A stretch of 32,000 bases of DNA from Candidatus Bathyarchaeota archaeon (GCA_963697165.1 CAVOMX010000014.1:49862-81861); one strand, 5' to 3'; counted from the first letter of the stretch, positions 8,393-16,792 are shown. Numbers and translations are program-made. Notes: generated from the sequence alone by a model not told the origin.

Positions 8393-8890
8393 ATGGAACA
8401 ATTGAACAGAAGAACAACAGTAACAAAACCAACACCCATATTCACAACTAACTGGTACCTATACAAAACACACTTACACCCAATCTCCGCAAAACCACAA
8501 GAACAAAAAACTGGAACAAAAACCAACAGTTACAGGACAAAAAGAAAAAATAATGAAGATCAAAAAAACAACATTCATCAAAAAACAACTAATTTTGAAG
8601 AACTTTTGCTAAAAGCAATAGATGAAGGACTCTCTGTAATCGGAGAATCAGCAAAAAAAATAGTCTACATCTATTTAGAAAAAAATTTCAAAATGAACAG
8701 ACTAGACATACCACACAGAATTGACGAATTCACCAGAGCTATCGAAAGTATCTTTGGAAACGGAGCGAAAATACTTGAGATACAAATAATGAAAAGTCTC
8801 TTCAACAAAGTGGGTCACACAGTCAAACAGTATTCGGGACAAAAGAACCTAACATTTATCGAATACATAGCAGCGATCAAATTGGAATAA
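8393..8890 (+). CDS. Hypothetical protein. Only the C-terminal ~95 aa look like a real helical domain, and the N-terminal ~70 aa come from an A/C-rich low-complexity tract.
   Basis: The C-terminal part FEELLLKAIDEGLSVIGESAKKIVYIYLEKNFKMNRLDIPHRIDEFTRAIESIFGNGAKILEIQIM has protein-like composition. The upstream part is T/K/N/Q low complexity. The true start is uncertain. Confidence 0.4.
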   Translation: MEQLNRRTTVTKPTPIFTTNWYLYKTHLHPISAKPQEQKTGTKTNSYRTKRKNNEDQKNNIHQKTTNFEELLLKAIDEGLSVIGESAKKIVYIYLEKNFKMNRLDIPHRIDEFTRAIESIFGNGAKILEIQIMKSLFNKVGHTVKQYSGQKNLTFIEYIAAIKLE

Positions 8891-9045
8891 TAGAACCGCC
8901 CAAACACCAATAAGCAACAGTCAAACTAAAATCGCAAAAAAACGGGCAAAAACAACAACTACACGCAGATACCAGAGAAAAACAAAAACCTCAAAAGCAA
9001 ATACATATTGCATTTGCAATAACTTTATATTATATGATGCTTTTT

Positions 9046-9172
9046 GACGCTCTTGATGGATGGTGAGGGGACAACGAGAAAATACCCCCTGTTCTCCATT
9101 CGCCAAGAGACATACCCTCTCCTTGTGCGATCGACGGTGCATATGCGCGCATGCGCCATGTCCCCCCATCCT
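9046..9172. ncRNA. Candidate structured RNA, or a 3'-UTR element of acyP (GC-rich island). No family recognised.
   Basis: This ~55-60% GC segment lies inside ~35-40% GC intergenic DNA. A hand-folded 60-nt hairpin spans 9050-9109 (CTCTTG/CAAGAG outer stem, TGGATGG/CCATTCG including G-U pairs, GGGG/CCCC inner stem). A second hairpin spans 9136-9157. On the minus strand the island is followed by oligo-T runs. Confidence 0.3.
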
Positions 9173-9229
9173 TAGTTCTGGCATAAAACTACAGATAAAA
9201 AAGAGAATTAATGATAGAATGAACGACCG

Positions 9230-9529
9230 TTAGATTATTACGGTTCTACGGATTTTGAAGCCATCAAACACTCCAGTGTATTCTTCCCATTTTATATCTA
9301 TCTTCAAAACTCGGGCGCCTGAAGGTCCAAGTCCACAAAAATCAATCAGCTGCTCCACATCTCCTTTCTCCCCCTCAAAGATTGCTTCCACTCTACCATC
9401 AGATGCGTTTCGAACCCAACCTGCAACGCTTCTTTTCAGAGCCTCACAGCGAGTTTCCACCCTAAAGAATACTCCTTGAACCATACCGCTTACAAAGATA
9501 TGGGCTCTAACATTCATGTTTCTCATCAA
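9230..9529 (-). CDS. acyP: Acylphosphatase
   Basis: VSGMVQGVFFRVETRCEALKRSVAGWVRNASDGRVEAIFEG matches the V.G.VQGVxFR and GWVRN acylphosphatase signatures. The protein is about 95 aa. Confidence 0.85.
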   Translation of the reverse strand: MMRNMNVRAHIFVSGMVQGVFFRVETRCEALKRSVAGWVRNASDGRVEAIFEGEKGDVEQLIDFCGLGPSGARVLKIDIKWEEYTGVFDGFKIRRTVII

Positions 9530-9591
9530 GCAGTAGCAACTTAAACATATTTAACTAGCAGGCAAGAAGATTAAAAGTAAATAAGATTGTG

Positions 9592-9930
9592 TTAAGATGT
9601 TTTTTTGAAGTTTATAGATTGCCCTGATAGATCTACCTCGTAAATTTGATTCACATCAAAGTCTATACCAAACCTTTCATATTCACTCTCAGTTAGAAAC
9701 AAAATCATTTTCGGGATAGCAAACTGAGTTGCTTGGGTAGCAAGCATTGGGAGTTGCTGCTGTAGACTTTTCATAACCTCCTGAACCATTTGTGCCTCTT
9801 CTGTTGCAGGTCTAACCGCAAACCGGGGAATAACCCGATCTTCAATAAGCTCGATCCGTTTACCAAGGTTACCTTCAGGATCTTTGATAGATTCAATCTT
9901 CTGAACCCTGACACGTGTCACAATAACCAC
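9592..9930 (-). CDS. Hypothetical protein (112 aa, soluble)
   Basis: It is a clean ORF with balanced composition. No family was recognised. Confidence 0.5.
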   Translation of the reverse strand: MVIVTRVRVQKIESIKDPEGNLGKRIELIEDRVIPRFAVRPATEEAQMVQEVMKSLQQQLPMLATQATQFAIPKMILFLTESEYERFGIDFDVNQIYEVDLSGQSINFKKTS

Positions 9931-10360
9931 TTCACATACCCAGTAGAATCCCAGAAGCCTTTATACATTTCTTAACTAGAAGATACTCATTCCATCTCAG
10001 CAGTTTTGCTCAAGACCCTGTAGAAGATTTCCCTGAATTTTTCCCGCTTTTCTTCAGCATCTCAGGATCCCGCAACTCCTTCATTTCACTTAAGAAACGT
10101 TCCTGCGAATTCACCAATTCATAGGTAAATTCAGGGGAGGCTGAGACAATATCTGTGCAACAATTTCAGGTTCTCCGTCTCGCATGAAGACTGTGTCAAG
10201 GATGAGACATAGAAGATTATTACTAGAGCACAGTTTGTGAGTACGGCATATATTGTGTTTTCTACACATCCTGAAACTGCTATGAGGGCTCGTTATTCTA
10301 TGACAATTTTCTTGACGGCTTTTGTCTGCAGTTCCCCAAAGTTTTTCGGATCAAATTGCT

Positions 10361-10816
10361 TCAAGGTTCTGCACAGCCCTCTGAAAGTAGTTGGTGTGCC
10401 ATTTTTTCTGTTAGGTACATGCCCATCTGGGGCATTCTTTCTTTTCTGATAATTTTTGCCATTGCTTTTGTTGTGACAGGTTTTGTGAGTTCCTTTAGGT
10501 TTCTGAACCTAACGAAGGTAGCTTTTTTTCTTCCCTGCAGAAAATCTTGATATTCGTCATATGAGTTTAGTAAAGATTCATGTCCAAGAGATTTCCAGAG
10601 GTCTTTAGCGTTTCCGGTGACTCGTTCAATGAATTCTGCATATCCTTGGATTTCTTTTCGGGGATGTGTCACATAGAAGAAAAGTTGTTTTGCATTTTTA
10701 GGGCCTACTACTCCTCTGCGGACAAAGGCGTGGATGGGCTTTCCTGTTCGACTTTGGTTGCATAATCGGGTCCAAAATTTTTCTAGATTCAAGACGATGA
10801 AAGCATATTTTTTCAA
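10361..10816 (-). CDS. Hypothetical protein, possibly of PUA-like (ASCH/EVE-type) fold
   Basis: LFFYVTHPRKEIQGYAEFIERVTGNAKDLWKSLGHESLL..YDEYQDFLQGRKKATFVRFRNLKELTKPV resembles, by eye, ASCH-type beta-barrel proteins. The function is not established. Confidence 0.4.
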   Translation of the reverse strand: MKKYAFIVLNLEKFWTRLCNQSRTGKPIHAFVRRGVVGPKNAKQLFFYVTHPRKEIQGYAEFIERVTGNAKDLWKSLGHESLLNSYDEYQDFLQGRKKATFVRFRNLKELTKPVTTKAMAKIIRKERMPQMGMYLTEKMAHQLLSEGCAEP

Positions 10817-11125
10817 CTTTTTTCACACACCCTCTGAATTTATTGCTAATTATTTACATTCTTTATCTTTATAAACAAAAGAGGCAAAAAACATGAGATA
10901 ATGGTCAATACTAGACAGAAAAGAACCTTGTTCCCAACTAACACAGAATAAGGGTTTCCTGAGGTCGAAACTGTTAAGTTATTTGTCATGGATGTAAAAC
11001 TAGATGTTTAGGCTTACCTCCAAGAAGATTTGCTATACACAGAAACATAGAAAAGTAACCCAACACGTTTGATAAAATCGGTTTAGAAGAAATTATTTTT
11101 ATAATCAGACGTGAGTTGATAAATT

Positions 11126-11533
11126 TTGGAAGCTGTTGGCGTTGTTGTTGCAATAGTTACAAGGGGAAACAAGTTTTTGGTTGAACGCCGTCGATGGGAT
11201 GAAAGGATTGACCCAGGTATAGTATGCTTGCCCGCGGGTCATGTTAAACCCAACGAAAGCCTAGAGGAAGCATTGAAAAGGGAGATGATGGAGGAGCTGG
11301 GTATCCAAGTTAAGGAGATACAGTTTGTATGCAAGAACTTCTATGTTGCAAGTAACGGCGAGAGACAGAATGCATATTGTTACCGTATTATTGACTTCGA
11401 AGGGGAACCCGTCTGTAAAGAGGCTGAAAATATTTTCTGGGAAGACGAAATCAATAAGATGAGTTTAGATGTTGACAGGAAGACACTTGAAAAAATGAGA
11501 GAAATCCAAAAAGAATTAGGTCAAGACGAATAA
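11126..11533 (+). CDS. NUDIX hydrolase (MutT-like, 135 aa)
   Basis: The Nudix box is GHVKPNESLEEALKREMMEELGI. The start codon is TTG. Confidence 0.8.
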   Translation: MEAVGVVVAIVTRGNKFLVERRRWDERIDPGIVCLPAGHVKPNESLEEALKREMMEELGIQVKEIQFVCKNFYVASNGERQNAYCYRIIDFEGEPVCKEAENIFWEDEINKMSLDVDRKTLEKMREIQKELGQDE

Positions 11534-11567
11534 ACGACTAAACTGGACACCGAGGGAAAATTCAAAA

Positions 11568-12140
11568 GTGGACAATGACAGAAAAATGGAAAAACTGGCC
11601 AAGCCTCTGAAACAAACTTCAGAAAGTCTAAATGCAAACGCCGCCGTTGTTGTGCTTTTGAGAGCAGCAGGTCAGGCCTTTCATGTCTTATTGGTGAAAA
11701 GAGCAGAAAACCCAACAGATAAATGGTCAGGACAGACTGCGTTCCCTGGAGGAAAACGAAATCCTGAAGACATAGACATCAAGGCAACTGTTGTTAGGGA
11801 AACTTCGGAGGAAACCAGCATAAATCTTCTGGAGGACTGCCGTTTTCTGGGAACAATGGAGCCTCTGAGCTCAGTAGAGAAACCTGAGATGAAAATTCTT
11901 CCATTCATTGTCATGCAGGAAAAGGAACAGGCAATAAAACTGAACCATGAGTTAACGGAATACTTCTGGACCCCACTAAAAGAACTTGGCAGTAATAATG
12001 GAACAACCAAGTTGAGTCTCGGAGAATTCCCCGCCTACAAAATAGGTAAACATGTTATCTGGGGATTAACATACAATATTTTACATAACCTTCTTTCATT
12101 ACTATCAGATATCGAGAAAGAAGAGTCAAAAGAAAACTAA
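11568..12140 (+). CDS. NUDIX hydrolase, CoA-pyrophosphatase-like
   Basis: The Nudix box is FPGGKRNPEDIDIKATVVRETSEETSI. The preceding VLLVKRAENPTDKWSGQTAFPGG pattern is typical of the NudL/Nudt7-type subgroup. Confidence 0.7.
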   Translation: MDNDRKMEKLAKPLKQTSESLNANAAVVVLLRAAGQAFHVLLVKRAENPTDKWSGQTAFPGGKRNPEDIDIKATVVRETSEETSINLLEDCRFLGTMEPLSSVEKPEMKILPFIVMQEKEQAIKLNHELTEYFWTPLKELGSNNGTTKLSLGEFPAYKIGKHVIWGLTYNILHNLLSLLSDIEKEESKEN

Positions 12141-12184
12141 TTATTGTCATGGAAGGTATTCCAGTTTTTACTGGACAATACTGG

Positions 12185-13288
12185 TTATTTTTTGAAACTT
12201 TTGGTGGCATTAGAAACGCGTCTCAAGCACTCAAGTGCATTCTCGTATGTTGGGTATCCCTTTAGTCCACATTCAGGCCCAGCATATAGAACCCTGTCTG
12301 CACCAAACCGCTCAACCACTTTAACCAGCCGATTCTTCATTGTCACTACACTTTCCAGAAATATCTCTGGATCAACTGTTCCATTGTTCATGCAGGTCCA
12401 AGCGTCAGCAATCTGTTCGTTTGTATCTGATTCAGCCAGTTTTTTGTCTGGCGAATTTGTAATGATTCTTTTTTTGATCAATGCATCGAAGTCGTTAACG
12501 GTTATACTAGCCTTCAGAAACTTGTCTCTTGATTCTAGCAGTTCTCCAGTTTTCTTCATCTGGTGGAGGGGGTCATCAACATGCGAATCAATAATTTGTA
12601 AGGATTTTACATCCCAGAAAAGAGGGTTTGCTGTACTGTGAAGATGCATCATTGTCTGGGCGTTCTTGGATTTGACTTTATGACAAATGGACTCCCAAGT
12701 GCTTCGAAGGTTTTCTCTTCCTTCGGAACCAAAGTCGATTAATTGGTCATCAAGCAACCCGAAGAGTGGCTCATCAATTGAAACCAAGCTTGTTTTGCCG
12801 TGTTTGTTGTTGAAAAGGGTGTTTTCCAAGATTTGGGAGATGACGCTTCCGAGTCTGCTGAAGATACTTTTGTTTCTGTAAGAAAAGAAGGAGGCGAGTG
12901 TGTATGGTCCTGTGACACAAACCCTGACTTCGAAGGGTTCTCCCGTCTTTTCCTGAATCATTTGTGAGTTCTTTTCGATAGCTAGAACTTCAGGCATCTG
13001 ACGTTTATCGGTCTTCAAAGAAGGAATCTTTGTTTCCAAGTAGCCTCCCGTAGTTTTTTCTAGCCCATTCATCATCGACATAAACATCGCGTTCATGTCT
13101 CTGAATTGAGGATAATTTGGAACATCGATGCTAACTCGGATTTTGTCGAGAAAACTTTCAATCACACATTTCTCGAAATATTCGGCTAACTCGTCTGTTC
13201 GTTGGAGACTGAAACGTTTTGCTCCCTCCAAAAACTTTGCAGAATCACCCACAACTGGTAAGCTACCTGAATCGCACGATTTTATCAT
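12185..13288 (-). CDS. Cobalamin-independent methionine-synthase (MetE catalytic-domain) family protein
   Basis: 367 aa with VSIDEPLFG and a C-terminal YAGPECGLKGYP that matches the MetE PDCGLKTR zinc-Cys region. MMHLHS sits where MetE has an H-x-C ligand pair (by-eye alignment only), so the zinc site may be variant. Confidence 0.65.
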   Translation of the reverse strand: MIKSCDSGSLPVVGDSAKFLEGAKRFSLQRTDELAEYFEKCVIESFLDKIRVSIDVPNYPQFRDMNAMFMSMMNGLEKTTGGYLETKIPSLKTDKRQMPEVLAIEKNSQMIQEKTGEPFEVRVCVTGPYTLASFFSYRNKSIFSRLGSVISQILENTLFNNKHGKTSLVSIDEPLFGLLDDQLIDFGSEGRENLRSTWESICHKVKSKNAQTMMHLHSTANPLFWDVKSLQIIDSHVDDPLHQMKKTGELLESRDKFLKASITVNDFDALIKKRIITNSPDKKLAESDTNEQIADAWTCMNNGTVDPEIFLESVVTMKNRLVKVVERFGADRVLYAGPECGLKGYPTYENALECLRRVSNATKSFKK

Positions 13289-13321
13289 TAAACTATCTCC
13301 CTCACTTTTCTTGTCTTCCTT

Positions 13322-13756
13322 CTATTCTGTTTTAAAGTGTTCCCATCCTCGAGCGTCTACAGAAACAGTTTTTTCACCTGTTTTTAGCAGACATTGTTTC
13401 TCTTTGGTAACTATTCCAATCTGTGTGAGATTTCCTCCCACTGATTCCACAGCTTTTTTTGCTTCCTGCCAAAGACTTGGTTTAATTGTTACAACAAGCT
13501 CATATTCCTCTCCGCCATACAAAGCTAACTCCGCAGAATCAAAACCATGAATATCCGCAAACATTTCCACTTCATGAGCTATAGGAAGATTGTTAATACA
13601 AAAGCCCACGTTACTCGCTTTAGAAAGCTCATGAAGACTCCACGCTAAGCCATCGCTAGAGTCTATGGAGGCAGTTGCGACCTGCGATTGAGCCAAAGCT
13701 ATTCCTTCATTGACCCTTGCATTGGGCATGAGGACAGACTCAACAAGCACTCCCAT
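13322..13756 (-). CDS. thiL: ThiL C-terminal fragment
   Basis: PNARVNEGIAL....ASIDSSDGLAWSLHELSKASNVGF matches the ThiL C-terminal domain (P.pR..g..l...a.iDiSDGL). This frame stays open upstream through ...EDGLSAPDIMGVL. The two fragments together total 328 aa, a normal ThiL length. Confidence 0.8.
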   Translation of the reverse strand: MGVLVESVLMPNARVNEGIALAQSQVATASIDSSDGLAWSLHELSKASNVGFCINNLPIAHEVEMFADIHGFDSAELALYGGEEYELVVTIKPSLWQEAKKAVESVGGNLTQIGIVTKEKQCLLKTGEKTVSVDARGWEHFKTE

Positions 13757-14310
13757 TATATCAGGAGCTGAAAGCCCATCTTCAGAATCTTCAATCCAGA
13801 GGTTGTTTTTCCGAAATAACCAGTTACTGCAATGTAATCTCCGGCTTTTGCGCCACTACGCTTTATCAAGTGATGCCTGTTGCATACTCCTAAGGCGGTG
13901 CAACTTATTATTAACTCAGAGGCTTCGTTTGTGTCGCCTCCCAGTATGTATGTGTCGTATTCGCGGGCGCCAGCATTTAGTCCCTTGCTCATCTGTTGTA
14001 TGTCCGTTTCTGTAAAGTTTGGAGGTACTCCGATAGAGGCCAATAGAGCTAGAGGCTTTGCTCCCTTTGCTGCTAGATCACTTATGTTCATTACTACTGC
14101 TTTGCGGGCGGCTTGCCAGAGGCTCATGGTTCGCGGAACATCTGTTTTTCTGACGAGCATATCAATGTTTATTACTGCAATTTTGTCGTGTCCCATGTCT
14201 ATTGCTGAGGCGTCGTCTCCGAATGGAAGTGGCGTATTGGGCATCTGGTCCAGGCAATCTAGAATGAGTTTTATGATTTTTCTTTCGCCCAGATCCTTGG
14301 CTGAACTCAA
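13756..14310 (-). CDS. thiL: Thiamine-monophosphate kinase ThiL, N-terminal fragment (the gene is split by a -1 frame change)
   Basis: GERKIIKLI..FGDDASAIDMG..VINIDMLV, AVVMNISDLAAKGAKP, ILGGDTN and GAKAGDYIAVTGYFG form the classical ThiL/AIR-synthase-related pattern. The ORF stops where the family normally continues. Confidence 0.8.
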   Translation of the reverse strand: MSSAKDLGERKIIKLILDCLDQMPNTPLPFGDDASAIDMGHDKIAVINIDMLVRKTDVPRTMSLWQAARKAVVMNISDLAAKGAKPLALLASIGVPPNFTETDIQQMSKGLNAGAREYDTYILGGDTNEASELIISCTALGVCNRHHLIKRSGAKAGDYIAVTGYFGKTTSGLKILKMGFQLLI

Positions 14311-14331
14311 CGTGAGACCCTCATCATGTAA

Positions 14332-14357
14332 TGTTTGCTCCCGAATGTCTTAAAAAT
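14332..14357 (+). repeat. 26-bp direct repeat, copy 1 (TGTTTGCTCCCGAATGTCTTAAAAAT). It contains a TATA-like TTAAAAAT.
   Basis: It matches 16495..16520 at 25 of 26 positions in the same orientation. Confidence 0.8.
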
Positions 14358-14652
14358 ACCTGTTAATGTTAACGAGGGCATATTGATGAGCACAGGGAAC
14401 AAGCGTCGCTCCTAAGATAGCCATGGGTTACTATCTGAGATCATCTGGAAAAACTGAATAAATGCAACAGCAATGAGAATAATATAGGAATTAACCTAGA
14501 ATAACTTGGGATAAAAAGAGAATAATTCTGAAAAATCCTTTTATAATATATAGGGCGCTGAAATTATCAGAAAATATGTCAAAAGGTTAAAAGAGATGGG
14601 TGATGTGGCAGGTTCTGTTTTTGAAACAAATATATATTACATCTAAAGGCTC

Positions 14653-16119
14653 TTGTACAACAATAACTGGAGAGGAAACGGCGTGAATGCAAACAAAGTT
14701 GTGTTTTTAATTTCTTTATGTGTAATAGTTTTATGTGCAGTTAATATTCAACCGATTAGAGCACAAGAAACTACAATTGTCTATATTTTAAGCGATGGAA
14801 GCTTTCAATCTTCAACAGGAATTGGAGCACCTATCCAAAAAGAGGGAAATGTATACACTCTCACAGACAACCTTGTCGGTTATTCTTTGGCGGTTCAATG
14901 CGCAAACATTACAATTGATGGTGCGGGCTTTAGCCTCTCAGGAGATGGTGAAGTAGGAATAGATTTGTCAAACATAAATGATGTAACGATCAAGGATTTG
15001 CTTATACAAGGTGCTTATTACTACGGCATCCGCATGATGGTATCCTCTGACATCACAATCCTGGGAAATACCATAACTGGAAACAATTTTGGCATTTATA
15101 TAAGCAACTCTACACGAAATACAATTTTGGGAAATACAATAAAGAACAATGGTGTGGGCATTAACATAATGTCGTCATCAAATCTAGTGTTTAGAAATAA
15201 CGACATAGAAAATAATCAAAATATAGCGGTTTATGGCACATTGCTTTCACACTTCGCTAATGATATTGACGTTTCAAACACAATCAATGGAAAAAAAGTC
15301 TATTATTTGATCAATGAAAAAAATCTAGTTATAACTCCAGATACATTTCCAGACGTAGGAATGCTTGCACTCGTAAGCTGTACGAACATAACGGTTCAAA
15401 ATATACAACTAACTGATAATGGACAAGGATTATTATTGGCATACACGACAAACTCGAAAATAGTAGACAACACAATAACTGAAAATTATAATGGAATATT
15501 GATTTTTAGCGCTTCCAACAACGAAGTTACAGGCAACACAATAATCAACAGTTATAGAGCCCTCCAAATTAGCAAGTCTTCAAAAAACAACAGGATAAAT
15601 AATAATAATATAACTGACAACAAGGAAGGGATTCTTTTATTCGATTCTTCACTGAACACTTTTGTTGGCAACATCTTCCAAAATAACGAGATGGCCATGG
15701 GTTTCAGTTCGTCATCAAGCAACACAATTTATGGCAACTATTTCATCAATAATAATGAACAGTTTTATGACACTAGCATGCAGGATTCTTCAATAAGTAA
15801 CTCGATGAATTATTGGTACTTTGATTATCCTATAGGCGGCAATTATTGGAGTGATTACATAGGTTTTGACCTAAAGAGTGGGGTCAATCAAGATCAAGAG
15901 GGCAGTGATAACATAGGAGATACACCCTACATTATATACGAAAACATAAAAGATGAATACCCACTTTTGCCATATGGAAGTCCTCTCGCGGTGTCCATTG
16001 TTTCGCCTGAAAATAAGACATACAATTCAAACTCTGTTCTCTTAAAATACACGACGAGTAAAACAGAGTTAGTGATAGGTTACAGTTTAGATGGATCAAA
16101 CAAACATCACAGTCAGTGA
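14653..16119 (+). CDS. Secreted right-handed parallel beta-helix (PbH1/NosD-like) repeat protein, main fragment
   Basis: The N-terminal signal/anchor is VVFLISLCVIVLCAVNIQPIRAQE. Many ~22-aa repeats of the type ITGNNFGIYISNSTRNTILGNTIKNNGVGINIMSSSN follow. The frame ends inside a C-terminal Ig-like domain. Confidence 0.8.
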   Translation: MYNNNWRGNGVNANKVVFLISLCVIVLCAVNIQPIRAQETTIVYILSDGSFQSSTGIGAPIQKEGNVYTLTDNLVGYSLAVQCANITIDGAGFSLSGDGEVGIDLSNINDVTIKDLLIQGAYYYGIRMMVSSDITILGNTITGNNFGIYISNSTRNTILGNTIKNNGVGINIMSSSNLVFRNNDIENNQNIAVYGTLLSHFANDIDVSNTINGKKVYYLINEKNLVITPDTFPDVGMLALVSCTNITVQNIQLTDNGQGLLLAYTTNSKIVDNTITENYNGILIFSASNNEVTGNTIINSYRALQISKSSKNNRINNNNITDNKEGILLFDSSLNTFVGNIFQNNEMAMGFSSSSSNTIYGNYFINNNEQFYDTSMQDSSISNSMNYWYFDYPIGGNYWSDYIGFDLKSGVNQDQEGSDNIGDTPYIIYENIKDEYPLLPYGSPLAVSIVSPENKTYNSNSVLLKYTTSKTELVIGYSLDGSNKHHSQ

Positions 16120-16357
16120 AAGCATAACATTATCTAGCTTGTCTGATGGTCCACATAAACTGACGGTTTATGCAAAAGATACAGATGGAAATGGAACTTC
16201 TGACACAGTTTACTTCACTATATCCGAAGAAGCAGAAACACCAACGGATAATGAAGAAACAGAGGAGTTACCAATAACATTGATTGCTGCAGCAATAGGA
16301 GTATTGGTTGCAATTGGAGTGTCTCTTTTATACTTCCTGAAGATAAAGAAAAAATGA
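16091..16357 (+). CDS. C-terminal fragment of the beta-helix protein (Ig-like strand set, acidic linker, C-terminal TM anchor), +1 out of frame
   Basis: NITVSESITLSSLSDGPHKLTVYAKDTDGNGTSDTVYFTI continues ...YSLDGS of the upstream ORF. The fragment ends with PITLIAAAIGVLVAIGVSLLYFLKIKKK, a TM segment with a basic tail. Confidence 0.7.
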   Translation: MDQTNITVSESITLSSLSDGPHKLTVYAKDTDGNGTSDTVYFTISEEAETPTDNEETEELPITLIAAAIGVLVAIGVSLLYFLKIKKK

Positions 16358-16494
16358 GTCTCATAAAAGGGTGATCCCAATTTAAGTTCACATACAGGGT
16401 TGTAGACGCTGTAGCCACCCACCAGCGGATGATGCACAAGCACATTTTTATTTCAATAACAGAATAGAAAATTTTTAGGTGCACCTCTGTTGGC

Positions 16495-16520
16495 TGTTTT
16501 CTCCCGAATGTCTTAAAAAT
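16495..16520 (+). repeat. 26-bp direct repeat, copy 2 (TGTTTTCTCCCGAATGTCTTAAAAAT)
   Basis: It matches 14332..14357 at 25 of 26 positions. Its 3' end lies 28 nt upstream of the tRNA-Thr(CGU) 5' end. Confidence 0.8.
16512..16520 (+). promoter_or_regulatory. TATA-box-like element of the tRNA-Thr(CGU) promoter
   Basis: CTTAAAAAT ends 28 nt before the mature tRNA 5' end. That is the usual archaeal TATA-to-start spacing. Confidence 0.5.
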
Positions 16521-16547
16521 GCGTATTTCGCTCAATTCACTGCAAAC

Positions 16548-16624
16548 GCCTCGGTGGCTCAGCCCGGTAGAGCGGCAGCCTCGTAAGCTGTTGGTCGCGG
16601 GATCAAATCCCGCCCGAGGCTCCA
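16548..16624 (+). tRNA. tRNA-Thr (anticodon CGU), CCA encoded
   Basis: The hand-folded cloverleaf has acceptor GCCUCGG/CCGAGGC, D stem GCUC/GAGC, anticodon stem GCAGC/GCUGU, loop CU-CGU-AA, a 5-nt variable loop and T stem GCGGG/CCCGC. The discriminator is U and is followed by CCA. Confidence 0.95.
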
Positions 16625-16792
16625 TTCTTGAATTATAGACTTGTAGCCAGTTTATGAAATTTCTGAGGTTTCTGAAACATGTAGCGCATGTTCAAAAGAA
16701 GTTTAGGTATAGAAAACTTTTCAGGGCACAAAGAGTATATATTGTATCGTAAGTAACCATATTAGAACAATAGTTTTTGGAGGAAACAATCA

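Noticed and set aside
8921-9184. 87-aa minus-strand ORF over the GC-rich island
   Set aside because: Its first half has Cys/His/Arg-rich odd composition and its second half is translated T-rich spacer (VFVFLWYLRVVVVFARFF). No start context is present. The region is better explained as a structured RNA or UTR.
12144-14353. Plus-strand ORFs 12144..12641, 12687..12881, 13128..13550, 13710..14015 and 13880..14353
   Set aside because: They are antisense to the MetE-family gene and thiL. They are Ser/Leu/Arg-rich shadow frames.
16218-16625. 135-aa minus-strand ORF beginning MEPRAGFDPATNSLRGCRSTGLSHRG
   Set aside because: Its N-terminus is simply the antisense reading of tRNA-Thr(CGU). The same peptide recurs at 20147..20359 antisense to the second tRNA. 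Both are shadow ORFs.
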